This document shows, in pieces, positions 58,440-64,000 of a DNA stretch of 64,000 nucleotides (its first letter is position 1; each line of letters starts with the position of its first letter). The DNA is from Eledone cirrhosa (taxonomy: Eukaryota). Below the pieces are notes generated by a model, which saw only the letters and a program-made list of their open reading frames with translations, made no database searches and had not been told where the DNA came from. The stretch lies in NCBI GenBank assembly GCA_964016885.1, contig OZ024741.1, positions 264,120,001-264,184,000 of the forward strand. Reading direction: 5' to 3'. The position numbers and the translations under genes are program-made.

Positions 58440-59416
58440 ATTTTACAGACACAGATCTCCTTTTAACTCTCCAGCCATTGACCAACTGGGACCTTCATTG
58501 TATATGAGTTCTGAGCTGGTATTTTACAGACACAGATCTCCTTTTAATTCTCCAGCTATTGACCAACTGGGACCTCCACGGTATATGAGTTCTGAGCTGG
58601 TATTTTAAAGACACAGATCTCCTTTTAACTCTCCAGCCATTGACCAACTGGGACCACCATGGTGTATCAGTTCTGAGCTGGTATTTTACAGACACAGATC
58701 TCCTTTTAACTCTCCAGCAATTGACCAACTGGGACCACCATGATGTATGAGTACTGAGCTGGTATTTTACAGATACAGATCTCCTTTTAACTCTCCAGCT
58801 ATTGACCAACTGGGACCTCCACGGTATATGAGTTCTGAGCTGGTATTTTAAAGACACAGATCTCCTTTTAACTCTCCAGCCATTGACCAACTGGGACCAC
58901 CATGGTATATGAGTTCTGAGCTGATATTTTACAGACCCAGATCTCCTTTTAACTATCCAGCTATTGACCAACTGGGACCTCCATGGTTTATGAGTTCTGA
59001 GCTGGTATTTTACAGATACAGATCTCCTTTTAACTCTCCAGCCATTGACCAACTGGGACCACCATGATGTATGAGTACTGAGCTGGTATTTTACAGACTC
59101 AGATCTTCTTTTAACTCTCCAGCTATTGACCAACTGGGACCTCCATGGTATATGAGTTCTGAGCTGGTATTTTACAGACTCAGATCTCCTTTTAACTCTC
59201 CAGCTATTCACCAAGTGGGACCTCCATGGTGTATGAGTACTGAGCTGGTATTTTACAGACACAGATCTCCTTTTAACTCTCCAGCCATTGACCAACTGGG
59301 ACCTCCATGGTATATGAGTACGGAGCTGGTATTTTACAAACACAGATCTCCTTTTAACTCTCCAGCCATTGACCAACTGGGACCTCCATGGTATATGAGT
59401 ACTGAGTTAGTATTTT
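58440..59416. repeat. 81-bp satellite, second block (exactly 12 monomers plus ATTTT)
   Basis: Same monomer and orientation as the main block; starts at ATTTT (58440) and ends at ATTTT (59412-59416), 972 = 12 x 81 bp apart. Confidence 0.98.
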
Positions 59417-59793
59417 CTCTATGCTGTTGTTATGGTTACTGTTGTTGATGTAGTCGATGTTATTACTAATGTTATTGATGAAGTAACTTTACCAATGGAT
59501 AGATTTACTTTACTTTTTAATGTGATACAGTCATAGTGTTGTTTTACACTTTACAAGAAATGTGTCGAAGAGCTCGCAATTGCGGCTAACCATCTCCGCC
59601 CCAAATTGGTTGGCATGCTGGAGAAAGTTAGAATTATTTAGAAAATAATTCAGAAACGTCAGCCACGCTTTCAAACATTAAATTTTAAAAGAGAAAAAAA
59701 AAAAAAAAATGGAAGCGACATCACTTGATTGAAATACTGATATTTTGAAACCTAAAAAGAAAATCTATAAATATAAGACATGGATAAACTTTA

Positions 59794-59876
59794 TATTGGG
59801 TTGTCACGTATGAAATTTGTAGAAATTTGTAGAACAAAAACAAATTTCTATAAATTCCATACTTGACAATCCAATA
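59794..59876. mobile_element. Tc1/mariner-type miniature inverted-repeat element (79 bp plus TA flanks)
   Basis: TA, then TTGGGTTGTCACGTATGAAATTTGTAGAAATTTGT (59796-59830), a 9-nt spacer, an inverted copy (59840-59874, 31/35 identical) and TA. TA duplication and TTGGGTTG-like ends are typical of mariners. Confidence 0.8.
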
Positions 59877-60416
59877 CTAAGTACACATTTTTAAGTCGGT
59901 TTTGATAAAAGATATACGTTTATATTTTCATATTAACTTGAACTTATTTTTGTTTGTATTCCAAATGTACTATTTACACTGAGACTGTCGCTGATCGACG
60001 CCATTTATAGAAAGATGTGACATATAATAGGTATAAAGATATTTTATTTTAATATTTATAGACATTAAAATATCAAAATATTGGAATAGAATATTGAGAG
60101 ATTATTTTGTTACCATTACGCAATCTTTCAATATCGTTTCTTTCATATTTTTTAAATCTTTTTCATTCCTTCTTTCTTTTTATTCTTGCTTTCTTTTCTG
60201 TCCCTTTACATTCCCCTTATGTTCCATTTTGTCTTTGTGTCTTCGATCTGTTTCACCTGGTTATATCTTTATTTTGAATCATATCCACCCCCTCTCTCAC
60301 ACATTCTCTCTCTCTTTACACACACACACGCATATTTATAATGTGTTAGGAGAAACATACAAGGCTGTGATTATAAAAATATTATTTAATTATAAAATTT
60401 TGATCTATCTATCTAT

Positions 60417-60902
60417 AAGTCCCTGGCCTGGCAGTGCTACCGAGGAGCTCTACCAGTTCGAGACAAGCTCTACAGACATGGGCGCCCGGGCAGGGACCCT
60501 GCAAAAAAGATCTGTCCGAGGTGCGTGCGAGACGAAGAAACCGTCGCGCACGCATTCATACACTACCCGGGCGTCACTGTAGAACGACTATTGTCGTGGG
60601 TGGGACCAATCCGGTTGACGACCGAGTCCATTGTCATGATCAAACCGCCACCCTCCTTCAAAAACGAAGGAGAGGCGGTTTTCCTTTGTGTGATAGCTAT
60701 GGCGAAAGAGGTTGTATGGTGGACAAGGTTGAAAGGGCTGAGGTCAGACACCTTTCTCTCCGGCCAACAACTGATTCTTTTTTTCAAATACCACTTTGGA
60801 AGAAGAATCAGGATGGAGAGAGAGGTGCTGTACCCCAGCAAGTTTTATGAAAGGTGGGTGAAAGTGGCGAGAATGGCCCGAGTGAATGGGCCTTCTCTCT
60901 AA
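60417..60902 (+). pseudogene. Remnant of LINE ORF2 C-terminal zinc-binding domain (C-x2-C-x8-H-x4-[C>Y])
   Basis: No start of its own and no RT or endonuclease upstream; the fourth zinc ligand reads TAC (Tyr) where Cys is expected. Confidence 0.75.
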
Positions 60903-61151
60903 ATCAGCCTGTAGGTTGAGGAAAAAGAGGAAGGGAGGAAAGGGGTACAAACTCTTCGTACTCCTGGAGATGAGGGTTGCACATTTTTTCGGGGGTATGT
61001 GTTACCCATATGAACTGTCTCCCCCTATTGGGGAAAATCGACTAATTTTTTAAATTGCATTTGTGATAGTATTTTACGCGTTTTTATTGTATGTAAACTT
61101 CCCCCTTTGTATTTGTCCCCTTCTTTTGTGCCCCTGTGGCTAATAAAGAAA
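60417..61151 (+). mobile_element. 5'-truncated L1/Tx1-like non-LTR retrotransposon (ORF2 C-terminus and 3' UTR)
   Basis: The frame of ORF 60525-60902 extends upstream as KSLAWQCYRGALPVRDKLYRHG...ICPRCVRDEETVAHAFIHYP, resembling the zf-RVT/CCHC region of L1/Tx1 ORF2; stop at 60902; AATAAA at 61142-61147 followed by a simple-repeat tail. Confidence 0.8.
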
Positions 61152-61153
61152 CA

Positions 61154-61208
<55 letters not shown>

Positions 61209-61226
61209 TTATCTATCTATCTATCT
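61154..61226. repeat. (TCTA)n microsatellite, about 18 units
   Basis: Directly visible, with one TTTA interruption. Confidence 0.97.
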
Positions 61227-61254
61227 CCCTCTCTATCTGTCGGCTTGTCTATCT

Positions 61255-61444
61255 ACCTTTCTTCCTGTATCCCTATCATTGTGGATATTTCACCTTTTAT
61301 TAACCTTTCTTTCTGTATCCCTATTACTGTGGATATTTCACCTTCTGTTAACCTTTCTTCTTGTATCCCTATTACTGGGGATATTTAACCTTTTGTTAAC
61401 CTTTCTTCCTGTATCCCTATTACTGTGGATATTTCACCTTTTGT
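61255..61444. repeat. 48-bp minisatellite, 4 copies
   Basis: Unit ACCTTTCTTCCTGTATCCCTATTACTGTGGATATTTCACCTTTTGTTA starts at 61255, 61303, 61351 and 61399. Confidence 0.93.
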
Positions 61445-61526
61445 GTAAGCTTTTCGAAATTATCACTAGTAACAGACCAATCGAAAATACTTTTTTCGAT
61501 TGAGAAGTTCCCTCAAGAGCTCTGAA

Positions 61527-61585
61527 GTCTCACTGTGAAGGATATCCTAAATTGTTGGAATATCCAGTGAAACTGCAGTCTGGAC
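61527..61585 (+). ncRNA. Degenerate hammerhead ribozyme-like motif (Penelope-like-element type)
   Basis: GAAAC-TGCA-GTC (61569-61580) with a palindromic loop III and GUC site; helix II GGATATCC with GGAATATCC; the upstream core reads CTGTGA (one base short of CTGATGA); helix I GTCTCA with TGGAC is bulged. Confidence 0.5.
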
Positions 61586-62151
61586 ATCGAAGTAAATACC
61601 TACATGTTTATCTTGTTTTTTACCCCCTATATATATATATTTCGAGGTAATATTTTACACAACGCCGCTTCGACAGTATTTTGCTGTTTCAACAGCTTCC
61701 ATGCGTCGAGTTTTTCCATTTTCCTGAGAATCCTTATACACTCGCATCTCAAAACTCTATTTTCGAGTTAATTTGTTTATACCTTTAATAGCTATCTTAG
61801 CCTTCTATCGCGGATTGATATGCTTAAGGTGAGTTGTCTTTTATTCTCTCTTCCTCTGTCCACCGTGCTTTCATTTTTTTCTTTCTCTCCCTTCTCTCTC
61901 ACTGCTCACTATCTTTCCTCCTCTCCCTCCCACTGTTACCTTCTCCCTTCCCTTCTCTTATACAGGCCAGCTCTACTTACGACGCCACTATTCTTCCTTT
62001 CTCGCGACCACTTGAGATAGTTTGGACGCACTTCATCTTTCTCTCACTCCCTAACCTGTTCCAACACAAACATTGTATGAACGAAGATACTTATTTCTCC
62101 GTTACGTAAGATCGGAGGCCATATTCAGTTGATTCAGGTTTATTTAAAACT

Positions 62152-62213
62152 CCGTTATACGTGTATATTTCACTGAGGACTATCAGTTATGATAGCCTGA
62201 GCTCTTCAGACGG
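62152..62213 (-). ncRNA. Minimal type I hammerhead ribozyme, left arm, core intact
   Basis: Minus strand reads CCGT-CTGAAGA-GCTCAGG-CTATC-ATAACT-GATAG-T-CCTCAGT-GAAA-TATACACGTA-TA-ACGG: 4-bp helix I, extended helix II, 4-bp helix III, AUA cleavage triplet. Confidence 0.75.
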
Positions 62214-62413
62214 CAAAACCTAAAATAAACATAGGAAGTTCCTAAGAAACCTTTAAATTTGGAAAAATGCATTAATTTCCCCGAAAAAACAACACCAAGC
62301 GTTTGGCCGGCCCCCTGTATCATGGAAAGAAAATCTTTTTCGGGAAAATTATTGTGGATTTTTCCAAATTTAAAGGATTTTTAGGCGCCTTTCAATGTTT
62401 ATTTTAAGTTTAA

Positions 62414-62471
62414 CCGTCTGAAGAGCTCAGGCTATCTTAACTGATACTCCTCAGTGAAATATGTAAAACGT
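62414..62471 (+). ncRNA. Hammerhead ribozyme paralogue, right arm, probably damaged at the cleavage site
   Basis: CCGT-CTGAAGA-GCTCAGG...CCTCAGT-GAAA-TATGTA-AA-ACGT; the conserved U before the cleavage base is A (62466) in the register that keeps helix I. Confidence 0.6.
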
Positions 62472-62987
62472 AGTTTCAAATAAAGTTGAATCAACTGAAT
62501 ATGGCCTTCGATCTTTTATTGATATATAATGCTCCGACTTGCACCATATACACTGGTCGTTGAGCGCTTCTTTTTATCTGCTTCGCAGTTTCAATTTCGG
62601 TGGTCTTATTCGCTCCAGTCACTAATCTGGTATTTTGTCAAATCCGCGAAGACTAGGTTTATTGAGAGGCGGCCTTTATTCGCCTCGTCGCAGCTACGTC
62701 ATTGGGTTGTAAGAGTTTTCTTGGGAGCCGCAGATGTTATCCATTGCTCCAACTCCCCTAGTAGTTTACCGCTGCTGGTCAAGGGCTGCTTATTCGCCCG
62801 GCAATTGTCTTCTTATATCGCAACTAACCATCATATTTGGTGGTCATATCGCTATCCGCCACCTACAACCCGTTCTCTAGCAGAACAGTTCTATCGAGAT
62901 GTCTCTATACGAATGTCCGAGTATTTGTGTTCGGATAAATGGTGCTAAATCAAAACTGTCTGAGAACTCTTCCCCCACTACCCTCTC

Positions 62988-63067
62988 AAGAAGAAGAAGA
63001 AGAAGAAGAAGAAGAAGAAGAAGAAGAAGAAGAAGAAGAAGAAGAAGAAGAAGAAGAAGAAGAAGAA
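62988..63067. repeat. (AAG)n microsatellite, about 26 units
   Basis: Directly visible; it explains the poly-Arg and poly-Leu ORFs. Confidence 0.98.
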
Positions 63068-63089
63068 TGAGGTGGAGAAGAAGAAGGGT

Positions 63090-63233
63090 GTATTTATTGA
63101 AGTTCCGTGTCTCTGGTGTATCCCAGAAGAGCAGATTCTTCAGAAATTCAGGAGGTTCTTGTATTGTTTTAAGGTTGACTTCGCCTTCTGAACAACATAG
63201 ACCTGGTGTTTCTTTTGCCCACATCTTGGCCCC
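63090..63233 (-). mobile_element. Helitron RepHel N-terminal coding fragment
   Basis: Translation GAKMWAKETPGLCCSEGEVNLKTIQEPPEFLKNLLFWDTPETRNFNKY resembles the A-x2-W-x2-E-x4-CC-x2-G-x-V-x-L...PP-x2-L-x2-LL motif preceding the Helitron Rep domain (recognised from memory, not searched). Confidence 0.7.
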
Positions 63234-64000
63234 GACTTCGCCGTCTGAGCAACATAGACGTGGTGTTTCTTTTGCCCTCATCTTGGCCCCGACTTTACCT
63301 TTGAGCAACATAGACTTGGTGTTTCTTTTGCCCTCATCTTGGCTCCGACTTTACCTTTGAGCAACATAGACTTGGTGTTTCTTTTGCCCTCATCTTGGCT
63401 CCGACTTTACGTTTGAGCAACATAGACTTGGTGTTTCTTTTGCCTACATCTTGGCCCCGACTTTACCTTTGAGCAACATAGACTTGGTGTTTCTTTTGCC
63501 CTCATCTTGGCCCCGATTTACCTTTAAGCAACATAGACTTGGTGTTTCTTTTGCCCTCATCTTGGCCCCGACTTTACCTTTGAGCAACATAGACCTGGTG
63601 TTTCTTTTGCCTACATCTTAGCTTCAACTTTACCTTCTGAGCAACATAGACCTGGTGTTTCTTTTGCCCACATTTTGGCCCCGAATTTACCTTTGAGCAA
63701 CATAGACCTGGTGTTTCTTTTGCCTACATCTTAGCTTCAACTTTACCTTCTGAGCAACATAGACCTGGTGTTTCTTTTGCCCACATTTTGGCCCCGAATT
63801 TACCTTTGAGCAACATAGACCTGGTGTTTCTTTTGCCTACATCTTAGCTTCAACTTTACCTTCTGAGCAACATAGACCTGGTGTTTCTTTTGCCCACATT
63901 TTGGCCCCGAATTTACCTTTGAGCAACATAGACCTGGTGTTTCTTTTGCCTACATCTTAGCTTCAACTTTACCTTCTGAGCAACATAGACCTGGTGTTTC
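63177..64000. repeat. 56/57-bp minisatellite (about 14.5 copies, runs off the window)
   Basis: Unit GAGCAACATAGAC(C/T)TGGTGTTTCTTTTGCCCTCATCTTGGCCCCGACTTTACCTTT; GCAACATAGA anchors at 63249, 63305, 63361, 63417, 63473, 63528, 63584, 63641, 63697, 63754, 63810, 63867, 63923 and 63980. Confidence 0.97.

Larger units (their letters stand above)
62108..62515. mobile_element. 408-bp imperfect palindrome (about 180-bp arms, 47-nt spacer) with a hammerhead motif in each arm
   Basis: Arm 62108-62288 (AAGATCGGAGGCCATATTCAGTTGATTCA...CCCGAAAAA) is the diverged reverse complement of 62336-62515 (TTTTTCGGG...TGAATCAACTGAATATGGCCTTCGATCTT). The inverted repeat is directly visible; mobile origin is inferred. 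Confidence 0.75.

Noticed and set aside
462-59448. Many 60-625 aa ORFs on both strands with 27-aa repeats
   Set aside because: They arise because 81 is a multiple of 3 and two frames lack a consensus stop; they are broken by scattered stops and frameshifts and show no recognisable domain.
62173-62200. Plus-strand CTGAGGA followed by a hairpin
   Set aside because: No GAAA after the stem; it is the antisense of helix II of the minus-strand hammerhead.
57991-62948. Short ORFs at 57991, 60094, 61107, 61279, 61820, 61834 and 62529
   Set aside because: Low-complexity or repeat-derived translations with no recognisable motif.
62899-62960. SLYECPSICVRINGAKSK resembles a LINE reverse transcriptase segment
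   Set aside because: Too short and lacks the following G-x-RQG motif; cannot be supported without a search.
62877-63360. Poly-Arg and poly-Leu ORFs
   Set aside because: Produced by the (AAG)n microsatellite joined to a Helitron fragment.

Overview
Eukaryotic, AT-rich, repeat-dominated window; the microsatellite and transposon style suggests an invertebrate, possibly a cephalopod (inference only). Positions 1-57844 are one 81-bp tandem satellite (about 714 monomers) with local higher-order repeats, and nearly all ORFs in the track are artefacts of its 27-codon period. A 595-bp AT-rich insert (57845-58439) flanked by a 7-bp direct repeat (ATTTTAC) interrupts the array, which then resumes for exactly 12 monomers. 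The last 4.6 kb holds a mariner-type MITE, a 5'-truncated L1/Tx1-like LINE in a (TCTA)n tract, a 48-bp minisatellite, a 408-bp palindrome, an (AAG)n tract and a 56/57-bp minisatellite derived from a Helitron coding fragment. The most notable signal is a cluster of minimal type I hammerhead ribozyme motifs: one intact-looking copy just past the end of the satellite, a divergent pair inside the palindrome and one degenerate copy. No intact protein-coding gene is supported. All RNA structures were folded by eye and none has been tested.
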